Shown here in pieces: positions 51,302-63,516 of a DNA stretch of 64,000 bases; within the stretch, counting starts at the first letter, position 1, and every line of letters begins with the position of its first letter. This DNA comes from Oikopleura dioica (lineage: Eukaryota > Animalia > Chordata). The notes under the pieces were generated by a model, which was given only the letters and a program-made list of their open reading frames with translations, had not been told where the DNA came from and did no database searches. The stretch is from positions 13,702,001-13,766,000 of the forward strand of contig OU015568.1 of NCBI GenBank assembly GCA_907165135.1, in the 5' to 3' direction. The position numbers were made by a program, and so were the translations under genes.

Positions 51302-54300
51302 TCAAATGAATAAATTGCTTTTACCTGAAGGTTTTAGATATCCTTGCCAGATGATGATGAAAAACGTTTTCATAAGAGATCGGAAAATAAATGACGAGTA
51401 ACGGAAAATAATGAAAATGACGCAGGATAATCCAAATTGAATCGGCAAAAGTGCCAAAACGAAGGGAGCCAGGCTCTTTTTCAACTGTTTGAGGATACTT
51501 TTATACTCTGAAAACAAAATAATAATTGTTCTTTTCGAAAACTCTTACGTCCAACAGCATTCAAAGTCGATAAAATGTGTATCAGCAGAAAGCTGTGGAG
51601 GAAGGAAGACATGGCAACGAGGGATATAAAATGATGCTGTACCAAAAATACTGAGGAAAATTTGGGAGCGCCTTTTGGGTCCAGAACAAAATTTTCGATT
51701 CCTTTTGATAGAAACTGAGCTCTGAGAATGATTAAGCCAAGAATAGTAACGTCGAGGGCGAATAAAATGATCTTGTAGAGTGACAAAAAACTGAGCTGAC
51801 GATTTTTAATCATGGCGATGATTTCTTTTGTTTCGACGAGAAGAAGAACCAAGAGAATAGTAAGACTGAGAGAGAATGTGTAGTCAGATAATTCAGTGTT
51901 TTTGAGCTGCTGAATATTCTTTGAACAGGCTTTTTTCATGGAAGTTTCAGTTCTTCTAATGAATGTTAACTTTAATTTTGAAGCCTTACCAGAGTTGGCA
52001 AAATCGCACCGCCTTCGACGAATTCGAAAATGACCCGAAGTTTTACAAAAGAGTTGATATTCATGTTCAAAAAACTTTGTTCGAAAATCAGAAGCTTCGT
52101 TTTTTGATCGAACCATGCGTTTTTCCGAAGATAATTGAGCATATATTCAGCACTTTCTTTTGAAGTCCCGAGATCGGAAGTAAATTCGCAAGTATTTGAG
52201 GACAACCGATTGGGAGTCTGAAGATAGATGTCGGACGAAAGAGTTGATCTCGTCTCGGAGAAGTAGGAAGACAGTAGCGGGGATTTTCTCATTTTGCGCA
52301 TTGTTCTTTTGGTGGCATTCGGCTGAACATGCCAGTCGGTTGTGAAAAAGCCGCATTGGTCTCGATGCTGCTTGAGCGAAGATGGCCCAAGTCGGAAATT
52401 CACGCCGTCTCGAGCAAAAGCTTTATCTTTCTTTCTCGGTATTTCGCCATTACTGTAGTTTCTAGCATGAATAAGAGGCAAAATTTCGTTCTCCAGAAGA
52501 TCCCAAGTTGACTGGACATGAAGTTGTGTTTTACCAGGAATGATGGAGATTTTGTCGCGAAAATTTTTGTCCAGATCGTATTTTTCGGCGGGAACGATGA
52601 CTGTTGAAAGCCCGTAAAGACTCAGTGTCAGGAAGAAGTACGAAAAGAAGCGCCTAAGAGTGATTTTCAGATCCATTCTGTGTTTTGAAGTATAGACCAA
52701 TTTGGTAATCGCTGCTCGATCTAGGAAGGATTTGACTGGTTCTTTGTACTTTCCCTGCTCGTATTCGTTCGATTGCTTGATAAAAATATATTCTTGGTTA
52801 TTTGCATCGATGGTTTTAGACGCGAAAGAAACTATGAGTGGATTCAACAAGAGTTCAACAAAAATAAAGAAATAGTTTGTGGTCATCCATAATTCGAAGT
52901 TAATTTCGCTAAAAATCGGTTCAAACGGTTGATTTATCCTATGTGTATTTAAGATGTCGTAAGATATGAACCTAGTCTGAGTATTGAAGCTCGAACAAGA
53001 GTCATCAAAGCCATAGAAGTTAAACCAATAAATATTAATAGATATGATGTGCAAATAAATGTACTCCCCTTTCTATGGACCGTCAATAAGAAGCGTCGAC
53101 TGTAAAATTGGATTGGCAATAATAAAACCTCTATCAAAATTGTATGAAGTTGAAGTCTTCGACTCTGAGTCGATAAAGTAAAAGGACCAAAGACAAGAAA
53201 TTTCGGAGAAACAAATATCTCTGCAATCAATTTTTCATTCAGGAAAAAATGCATGGATAAACAGACGGATAAAACGAGGGGAAAAGCAGCAAAAATAACC
53301 CTGGAAGATTTTGAAATTTCACTGTGTCTTTTCGATACAGCCGGTCCGAGCCAATGATTATTCTCTAAATATATTTCGAATTGGCTTTCTCGTTGAGGAG
53401 GATGAGGATCCTGGTGAACATCTTTCGAAGAAACGCAGTCTGTTTCTATAACTGAAATTTCATCGTCCAAGTCAAAAATAACAGTGGACTCGTGCCACGC
53501 AATGTCTTCGATGGATCCTTTTGAATACTCCTTGGGGAACGTGTGAACGAAGAAGAATGATATTTTCCGTGGAAGAAACGTTGTTTCTTGTTCTGCATGA
53601 AAATCGACGGAGAGTTTTAGCTCTCTGATTTTCATTATCGGAAGCTGAAGAAGGAAATAGCTCGAGCGGCCGTTTCCGAAAATTCGCTCTGTTTTTGAAC
53701 CTAGATAAAATTCAACTCGGTCCGCATTTCCCAAGAGATCGTCGTAGAAAATTTCCATTTTGAGCATCTTCGGAGCTTGGCTTAGAGAGAATCTCGTGTC
53801 GATTTCGATTATATAGAATCCAGCTGTGCTAAAATTTCGAAGTATCGCAGGTGGATGCAGAATACTGGCCTTTTCGTTCAGTCTGTCAATGTGACGAGAC
53901 CGGAGAAGCAAGAATATCCAGAAAATGATGAAGAGAATCGGAAAAAGTTTCACGCTCACTGTTATTATTTCGTTCACAATCAATGTATAATAGCTCTCAA
54001 TTGTCGTAAATTTGCCCGATCTTGAAGTCAGTTTGTCTCTACTTTCGATTTCACAGGAGCACTTGATCTTGCCAGGCCTTGAATCGCTTCTCACAAAGCA
54101 AGATTGTCTATTCCAATTCTCCAGTTTGTCCGTAACGCAAGAACCAGAAAACAAAGAAATCGTCAAATCCATCTTTTCCGAAAAAGAAGATTGAATGAGC
54201 ACAAAAATTGAGCACTTTTGTCTGGCAAAGCAAAGTTCAATTTCTTTCTCATCAAAGTGCAGCCCAAATGGGTCCCCAACGCAATCTTCCTCCGAACAAA

Positions 54301-56220
54301 CAGTGGATGATATTTCTGACTCGTTTTTGAATGCTGGTAAGATCGAGTGGTGCCGGTAGGAAAGTAATTTAGGCTCGGGTAAATACCAGAAATCAACGAA
54401 TACTTCTACTTGTATATTCTCATCAAAATCAAAGAAGAGGAAAAAATCCTCGTTGTTCTCCAAATCGAATCGAAGAACTTCGCCTTTTCCCGGCAAAATC
54501 TCCTTCTTGATTGTTTCAATGATTTCATGATCAAAGGTAACCGATGCTTTGCCTTCATAATTTGCAGAATAAAGAACTCGATTAGCAAGTCTCAAATCAT
54601 CATCGGAGTAAATAAACGGATTCGCTTTTAATTCTGCAAAAAGAGGAACGTCCGAATTTCGTGAATTTGGGAGAAAAATTTCAGTGACGATATCATTTCC
54701 GAGTGCAATGAAATCTGTGGACTCGGTGTCGGACGTAATAGATTCGAGAAGATGGGTTAGGCTGTTCCTGATTGTCACGATATTTTCACTTGATTCTAAA
54801 ATTAAATCGATTCTCGAAGAGCTTATTTTCGTTAAATAATCATCATTGCCGCTCTTCGGTGAGAGCAAATTTGACAATAAATTTTTAGTTCTTGCGGAGA
54901 CCTCACCGATCGCTTCTGCTGCAATTTCTGAGTCATTCATAGCTGCTTCCATTTTCTCCTCAATAACTGTAAGTTCTTGCTCTACAAATCTTTTCAATTC
55001 ATCGTCGTCCATGTTCAGCAAGTCAGCCCCGTCAAAAATAACTGGCTGACATTGGTAAAGTCCGTGTTGTCGCATTGTCACAGAACATGAGCAACTGTAA
55101 TTTCCAACAGTATTGTCACAAAATTCATCGCACAAATGGCTACCAGTCGAGCACTCATCAATATCTTCGCAACTGAAGTCTAAGCAATCATCAAGTCCGA
55201 CGCATAAATCGCCAGAAAACCCGGATTTACAATGACACTCAAAGCCTTTGTGCGTATTCTTACAGACCGAATGTTCAGGACACGGATTCGAGATCAAAAA
55301 GCATTCGTCAATATCGACACATTTCCCGCCAATTTTCTCCATTCCCTCGACACAGTTACACTCAAAACTTCCAACAGTATTGTTGCAGGCCATATTTTCC
55401 GCACATGGATCGACAACACACTCATCTTCATCAATGCATTGAAAACCAGCGCAGTTATCGTATCCTTGGCACATTTCTTCTAGAAACCCAGCGTCACAGG
55501 TGCACTCAAAGCTTGCGAAAATATCTTTACAAGTTGTATGCTCCGGACAAACGGGATCTTCGTCCTTCGCGCACTCGAAAATTTCCTCACAAATGTCACT
55601 TTCTCTAATCAGGCCATCAATACAGTCACAGTTGTAGCTTCCAATGGTGTTATTGCAGATCTCATTCACGAGACATGGACTTTGCAAACATTCGTCCTCG
55701 TCGACGCACTGGAAATTGTCGCAATTTGTTCCTTCACATGAAGCATTTTCGTAACCAGAATCGCAGGTGCATTCATATGTCAAAGGTATGTTTGAACAAG
55801 TCATTGATTTTGGACAAACAGGTTCAGTTGAGTTGCATTCGTTGATATCAACGCATTCTCTGGCGTTCCAATCAAAATATTCGCTTATAAGACAGCAACT
55901 AAAAGTGGCACAGTCGTTGCCAAAACATTTTTCTAAAGAACAGGAGTTACTTTAATAATAAAATGTCTTAAAGTCACCTTCATTCTGTGTTCCTGGATGG
56001 CAGGTGCAGCTAAAATCAACATGATTGCAATCCGCATCCTGCGGGCAGAAGGTTGTATCATCGCAAATATTGACGCCAACTAATATTTCCATGAAAAAAT
56101 TTCGGATATGAAAATATTTTGCTGCCTCGTGAGAAGGAGATGATACATAAACTGTCAGATTTTGTCCTAATGGAAGTAACTTTGTTGGATGAGAATCTGA
56201 GTAAATAGAAATATCAGGCT
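51302..56220 (-). CDS. Polycystin-1-like (PKD1L/PKDREJ family) protein with >=7 Ca-binding EGF repeats, GPS-like motif, PLAT, TOP and channel TMs (both ends uncertain)
   Basis: DEDEC/DIDEC EGFs; SCFV..KCSC before TM1; PLAT-like FYIIEIDT..RIFGNGRSSYFLL; RLGPSSLKQHR; AWFDQKTKLLIFEQSFLNMNINSFVKLRVIFEFVEGGAILP. Frame changes near 53000, 52000 and 51500 are introns and/or errors. Confidence 0.8.
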
Positions 56221-56388
56221 CAGGTCAATATTCGGAGTTACCATGGATTGGAGCATTTTTTTTGGAGTGAGTTCTGTTTTTCGTTTCTAAAGTGGAGGAA
56301 CTTTTTTTGGAGTTACACCGCAAAAAAATTTTAAGGCGACGTTAGACGGATTTTTATTTTCTCAGTGGAATTTTTGGACCTTCTTCTT

Positions 56389-56640
56389 TATCCGCGGTTC
56401 TATTTTTTTGATGGGTTTCATTTGGATTAGTTTATATATCCGTGGTTTTATTTTTTTGATGGGTTTCATTTGGACTTGTTTATCTATCCGCGGTTCTATT
56501 TTTTTGATTAATTTTATTTGGACTTGTTAATTTATCCGCGTTTCTATTTTTTTGGTTGGTTTCATTTGGACGAGTTTTATTATCCGCGGTTCTATTTTTT
56601 TTAATTGGATTCATTTGGACTAGTTTTTTATCCGCGGTTA
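56389..56640. repeat. 48-bp tandem repeat (5-6 copies)
   Basis: TATCCG(C/T)G recurs at 56389, 56437, 56485, 56533, 56581 and 56629. Confidence 0.85.
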
Positions 56641-56849
56641 CTATTATTTTAATCGATTCGATTTAATGGAATGAAAATAGTGATGAATAGCCAAAAAAGT
56701 GAGGTAAATGTCAATGAAAAAATTCAGTGTATAAGCAGGGTTCGTGGGCCCGGGAGGGCCGCGCGCGCGATTGGCTGAAAATGGCTAATTCTCTTCTTCT
56801 GTTTCCGCGGTTTGCGCTTCAGCGACGGCTATATTGAACTTCAGCGATG

Positions 56850-59643
56850 ACACCGGTAACGTTTGTCATCATTTATTTTTAGGGGATTGAGAATACTTGC
56901 TTTTTTCCGCGGTCATTTGGTCAATGAAGCTGGATTTTTTGTCGTCGTTTTTCAAATGAAGGTTATTTTCTAAGTGTGAATGAATTTTTGGGGCTCAACG
57001 GGGTGCATACACGTCGACTGTTCCATCATTGCTACGAATCTAGGTTATTTTAGGTGTGTTATTGAATAAAAGGGGCGCAGGGGGTACATCAACGTCGACT
57101 GTTCCATCATTGCTACGAATCTAGCACCGCTAACGTTTGTGAACGTTTATTTTTAGGGGGTGAGAATACTTGCTTTTTCCGCGGTCGATTGGTCGATGAA
57201 GCTGGTTTCATTTTCGTCGTTTACTAAATGAAGGTTATTTTTTGTGTTATGAATTTATGGGGTTCTACGGGGTACATAAACGTCGACTATTCCATCATTG
57301 CTACGAATCTAGCACCGGTAACGTTTGTCAACGTTTATTTCTAGGGGGTGAGAATACTTGTTATTTTCCGCGGTCGATTGGTCGATGAAGCTGGTTTCAA
57401 TTTCGTTGTTTTCTAAATGAAGGTTTTTTTCGGTGTGTTTATGAATTTTGGGGGCTCACCCCAACTTTCGTTTATTTTTAGGGGTGAGAATACTTGCTTT
57501 TTTTCGCGATCGATTGGTGGATGGAGCTGGTTTCGTTTTCGTCGTTTTCTAAATGATGGTTATTTTCGGTCTATTTGTGAATTTTGGGGGCTCACGGGGT
57601 ACATAAACGTCGACTGTTCCATCATTGCTACGAATTTAGCACCGGTAACGTTTGTCAACGTTTATATTTAGGGGTTGAGAATACTTGCTATTTTCCGCGG
57701 TTGTTAGGTTGATCGAGTTGGTTTCGTTTTCGTCGTCATCTAAATGAAGGTTATTTTCTGTGTGTAAAAAAATTTTTGGGGGGTCTACGGGGTGCATAAA
57801 CGTCGACTGTTCCATCATTGCTACGAATCTAGCACCGGTAACGTTTGTCAACGTTTATTTTTAGGGGGTGAGAATACTTGCTTTTTTCCGCGGTTGTTAG
57901 GTTGATCGAGTTGGTTTCGTTTTCGTCGTCATCTAAATGAAGGTTATTTTCTGTGTGTAAAAAAATTTTTGGGGGCTCACGGGGTACATAAACGTCGACT
58001 GTTCCATCATTGCTACGAATTTAGCACCGGTAACGTTTGTCAACGTTTATTTTTAGGGGTTGAGAATACTTGCTATTTTCCGCGGTTGTTAGGTTGATCG
58101 AGTTGGTTTCCTTTTCGTCGTCATCTAAATGAAGGTAATTTTCTGTGTGTAAAAAAATTTTTGGGGGCTCTACGGAGGGTTGCATAAACGTCGACTGTTC
58201 CATTATTGCTACGAATCTAGCACCGGTAACGTTTGTCAACGTTTATTTCTAGGGGTGAGAATACTTGTTATTTTCCGCGGTCGATTGGTCGATGAAGCTG
58301 GTTTCAATTTCGTTGTTTTCTAAATGAAGGTTTTTTCGGTGTGTTTATGAATTTTGGGGCTCACCCCAACTTTCGTTTATTTTTAGGGGTGAGAATACTT
58401 GCTTTTTTTCGCGATCGATTGGTGGATGGAGCTGGTTTCGTTTTCGTCGTTTTCTAAATGATGGTTATTTTCGGTCTATTTGTGAATTTTGGGGGCTCAC
58501 GGGGTACATAAACGTCGACTGTTCCATCATTGCTACGAATTTAGCACCGGTAACGTTTGTCAACGTTTATTTTTAGGGGTTGAGAATACTTGCTATTTTC
58601 CGCGGTTGTTAGGTTGATCGAGTTGGTTTCGTTTTCGTCGTCATCTAAATGAAGGTTATTTTCTGTGTGTAAAAAAATTTTTGGGGGGTCTACGGGGTGC
58701 ATAAACGTCGACTGTTCCATCATTGCTACGAATCTAGCACCGGTAACGTTTGTCAACGTTTATTTTTAGGGGTGAGAATACTTGCTTTTTCCGCGGTTGT
58801 TAGGTTGATCGAGTTGGTTTCGTTTTCGTCGTCATCTAAATGAAGGTTATTTTCTGTGTGTAAAAAAATTTTTGGGGGCTCAGGGGGTATATAAACGTCG
58901 ACTGTTCCATCATTGCTACGAATTTAGCACCGGTAACGTTTGTCAACGTTTATTTTTAGGGGTTGAGAATACTTGCTATTTTCCGCGGTTGTTAGGTTGA
59001 TCGAGTTGGTTTCCTTTTCGTCGTCATCTAAATGAAGGTAATTTTCTGTGTGTAAAAAAATTTTTGGGGGCTCTACGGAGGGTTGCATAAACGTCGACTG
59101 TTCCATCATTGCTACGAATCTAGCACCGGTAACGTTTGTCAACGTTTATTTCTAGGGGGTGAGAATACTTGTTATTTTCCGCGGTCGATTGGTCGATGAA
59201 GCTGGTTTCAATTTCGTTGTTTTCTAAATGAAGGTTATTTTCGGTGTGTTTATGAATTTTGGGGGCTCACGGGGTACATAAACGTCGCCTGTTCCATCAT
59301 TGCTACGAATCTAGCACCGGTAACGTTTGTCAACGTTTATTTTTAGGGGGTTTGAGAATACTTGCTTTTTCCGCGGTCGTTTGGTCGATGGAGCTGGTTT
59401 CGTTTTCGTCGTTTTCTAAATGATGGTTATTTTCTGTGTTATGAATTTAAGGGGCTCTACGGGGTTCATAAACGTCGACTGTTCCATCATTGCTACGAAT
59501 CTAGCACCGGTAACGTTTGTCAACGTTTATTTTTAGGGGGTTTGAGAATACTTGCTTTTTCCGCGGTCGTTTGGTCGATGGAGCTGTTTTCGTTTTCGTC
59601 GTTTTCTAAATGATGGTTATTTTCTGTGTTTTAAATTTAAGGG
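56850..59643. repeat. ~190-bp tandem array, left block (~15 units; candidate exon-intron repeat on -)
   Basis: Recurrent AAACGTCGACTGTTCCATCATTGCTACGAAT(C/T)TAGCACCGG; two monomer types and a ~904-bp higher-order repeat. Confidence 0.95.
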
Positions 59644-60067
59644 ATCCCCCCTCCGTTTTCGTCATTTTCAACGGCGAACTTCATTTTTCTGGGATTACAA
59701 TTTTATGCGTGCAATAGTGCAAATGAAAGCTCGTTCATTGCGGTTTATTCTCTAGTACAGAGATAAAAATCCATAGACGCAAACCTACCACAGGGAGGCG
59801 CTGAAGTTTGTGTATTTTGAAAAAACGCTGTTTTTGGCCATTTTCACCGGCAAACTACTTTTTTTAGAGCTTAGCTAGAATTAAGCGGAGTTAAAATTCA
59901 GAAAGAGTAAAGCTTAATCTTAAAACTCTAGTACAGAGAAGTCATTTGGTCTAGTAAAAAAAATTTTCTTTTAAACGACCTAGTGTACCCATATTTTGCG
60001 TTTTTTGGTTTTTTGCTCTCTAGCGCCAACATTAGGCCGAAATTTCTAGTTCGGTTATTCTTATTAA

Positions 60068-60809
60068 GGATATAAGCTATGAATTTGAACTTTCGTAGCG
60101 CCTAAATGCGTAGTAGGATCATTTTCATTTCAAAAGCAATCCTACCTAAAAATGCACGCAAAACTCAAATATGGTATTTTTAAAAAAAAATTTATTGAAA
60201 ATTTTCCTTTTAGAGCGATTTCAAATCTTACTCTCTCGATTTCTCGAAATTTTTCCATTGAATCGCTAAAACTAAACCGTGTCTTTTATTTCGATGATGT
60301 TAAGCTAAAAAATTGACGGGCTTTTATTTTGAAAGTCTTTCGAATTTTTATTCTAGCGTTTTCCTCTTTCTTGCTCGTGTTTTTCTTCTTTTTGTGCTTT
60401 TTCGCGTGCAACCAATCAAAGCGCTCCGCTCAACCGCGCCACTCTCACGGAAAAGAGGAGTCGCCCAGCGCGCCGCTTTTTACACTATTCGCGCGCTTGG
60501 TAAGCCTCATGAAAATGGCTCTAAAATCGGTTTCGGTCGGAATTAGGGAAAACTGATCCGTCAATTTTGTAGATAAGGGTTAAGAGAAGTTATTTATCGA
60601 AAAAACTGGACCGATTTAGTGGAAAAAATTCGAGGAATCGAGAGAGTAAGATTTGAAATCGCTCTAAAAGGAAAATTTTAAATAAAAATTTTTTTAAAAG
60701 TACCATATTTGAGTTTTGCGTGCATTTTTAGGTAGGATTACTTTTGAAAAGAAAATGATCCTACTTCGCATTTAGGCGCTACGAAAGTTCAAATTCATAG
60801 CTTATATCC
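60068..60809. mobile_element. TTAA-flanked MITE (piggyBac-like or TA-type) with ~250-bp TIRs
   Basis: TTAA|GGATATAAGCTATGAATTTG ... CAAATTCATAGCTTATATCC|TTAA. Confidence 0.7.
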
Positions 60810-61047
60810 TTAAGGAAGTTTTAAGCTTTCGAAAGACCCCTTGTATGTCTTATTTCGATGACATTGAAAAACCGAAAAAAATTCCAACAAATTTCATGCA
60901 TTTTTGAAATTTTTGAAGGCTAAAATTCTGAGGAAAGATGTTCATAAGGGGATCATATGATACATCAAAATGATCCTTAGAACACGAGGAATCTGAAAAT
61001 ATCAAATTTAGACCCTTATCCAGTAATTGAAAAAACAGGGAGAAATC

Positions 61048-63450
61048 TCCATCATTGCTACGAATTTAGCACCGGTAACGTTTGTCAACGTTTATTCTTA
61101 GGGGTTGAGAATACTTGCTATTTTCCGCGGTTGTTAGGTTGATCGAGTTGGTTTCGTTTTCGTCGTCATCTAAATGAAGGTTATTTTCTGTGTGTAAAAA
61201 AATTTTTGGGGGGTCTACGGGGTGCATAAACGTCGACTGTTCCATCATTGCTACGAATCTAGCACCGGTAACGTTTGTCAACGTTTATTTTTAGGGGGTG
61301 AGAATACTTGCTATTTTCCGCGGTTGTTAGGTTGATTGAATTGGTTTCGTTTTCGTCGTCATCTAAATGAAGGTAATTTTCTGTGTGTAAAAAAATTTTT
61401 GGGGGCTCACGGGAGACATAAACGTCGACTGTTCCATCATTGCTACGAATTTAGCACCGGTAACGTTTGTCAACGTTTATTTTTAGGGGTTGAGAATACT
61501 TGCTATTTTCCGCGGTTGTTAGGTTGATCGAGTTGGTTTCGTTTTCGTCGTCATCTAAATGAAGGTTATTTTCTGGGTGTAAAAAAATATTTGGGGGCTC
61601 TACGGGGTGCATAAACGTCGACTGTTCCATCATTGCTACGAATCTAGCACCGGTAACGTTTGTCAACATTTATTTTTAAGGGGTGAGAATACTTGCTTTT
61701 TCCGCGGTCGATTGGTCGATGAAGCTGGTTTTATTTTCGTCGTTTTCTAAATGAAGGTTATTTTCGGTGTGTCTATGAATTTTGGGGGCTCACGGGGTAC
61801 ATAAACGTCGACTGTTCCATCATTGCTACGAATCTAGCACCGGTAACGTTTGTCAACGTTTATTATTAGGGGGTGAGAATACTTGCTTTTTCCGCGGTCG
61901 ATTGGTCGATGAAGCTGGTTTTATTTTCGTCGTTTTCTAAATAAAGGTTATTTTCTGTTATATGAATTTATGGGGCTCTACGGGGTACATAAACGTCGAC
62001 TGTTCCATCATTGCTACGAATCTAGCACCGGTAACGTTTGCCAACGTTTATTTTTAGGGGGTGAGAATACTTGCTTTTTCCGCGGTCGATTGGTCGATGA
62101 AGCTGGTTTTATTTTCGTCGTTTTCTAAATGAAGGTTATTTTCGGTGTGTTTATGAATTTTGGGGGCTCACGGGGTACATAAACGTCGACTGTTCCATCA
62201 TTGCTACGAATCTAGCACCGGTAACGTTTGTCAACGTTTATTTTTAGGGGGTTTGAGAATACTTGCTTTTTCCGCGGTCGATTGGTCGATGAAGCTGGTT
62301 TTATTTTCGTCGTTTTCTAAATGAAGGTTATTTTCGGTGTGTTTATGAATTTTGGGGGCTCACGGGGTACATAAACGTCGACTGTTCCATCATTGCTACG
62401 AATCTAGCACCGGTAACGTTTGCCAACGTTTATTTTTAGGGGGTGAGAATACTTGCTTTTTCCGCGGTCGATTGGTCGATGAAGCTGGTTTTATTTTCGT
62501 CGTTTTCTAAATGAAGGTTATTTTCGGTGTGTTTATGAATTTTGGGGGCTCACGGGGTACATAAACGTCGACTGTTCCATCATTGCTACGAATCTAGCAC
62601 CGGTAACGTTTGTCAACGTTTATTTTTAGGGGGTTTGAGAATACTTGCTTTTTCCGCGGTCGTTTGGTCGATGGAGCTGGTTTCGTTTTCGTCGTTTTCT
62701 AAATGATGGTTATTTTCGGTCTGTTTGTGAATTTTGGGGGCTCACGGGGTACATAAACGTCGACTGTTCCATCATTGCTACGAATCTAGCACCGGTGACG
62801 TTTGTCACTGTTTATTTTTAGGGGGTGAGAATACTTGCTTTTTTCGCGATCGATTGGTCGATGAAGCTGGTTTCGTTTCCGTCGTTTTCTAAATGAAGGT
62901 TATTTTCGGTGTGTTTATGAATTTTGGGGGCTCACGGGGTACATAAACGTCGATTGTTCCATCATTGCTACGAATTTAGCACCGGTAACGTTTGTCAACG
63001 TTTATTTTTAGGGGTTGAGAATAGTTGCTATTTTCCGCGGTTGTTTGGTTGATCGAGTTGGTTTCGTTTTCGTCGTCATCTAAATGAAGGTTATTTTCTG
63101 TGTGTAAAAAAATTTTTGGAACTCAACGGGGTGCATAAACGTCGACTGTTCCATCATTGCTACGAATCTAGCACCGGTAACGTTTGTCAACGTTTATTTT
63201 AAGGGGTTCAGAATACTTGCTATTTTCCGCGGTTGTTTGGTTGATGGAGCTTGTTTGTTGTTGTCGTCATTTAAATGAAGGTTACTTTTCTGGGATATAA
63301 AATTTTTGGGGGCTCTACGGGTTGCATAAACGTCGACTGTTCCATCATTGCTACGAAACTAGCACCGGTAACGTTTGTCAACGTTTATTTTAAGGGGGTT
63401 AGAATACTTGCTATTTTCCGCGGTTTTTTGGTTGATTGAGCTGGTTTGTT
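61048..63450. repeat. ~190-bp tandem array, right block (~12-13 units; candidate exon-intron repeat on -)
   Basis: Unit starts at 62181, 62373 and 62563 (192 and 190 bp spacing). Confidence 0.95.
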
Positions 63451-63475
63451 GCTAGGTTAATTTATTTAATGAAGC

Positions 63476-63516
63476 CTAGTTGGCGAAAGAATGAGAAGTG
63501 CAAGAAGAAATATCAT
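63476..63516 (-). CDS. Candidate first exon encoding a signal peptide
   Basis: ATG at 63516 gives MIFLLALLILSPT immediately upstream of the first array unit. The next intron would be an unusually short GC-AG. Confidence 0.4.

Noticed and set aside
57636-61669. 71-72 aa ORFs MTNVTGARFVAMMEQ.. from the ORF track as real proteins
   Set aside because: They read through the predicted introns and change frame relative to the spliced repeat; only their DDDENETNS..TAENS part coincides with the proposed exon.
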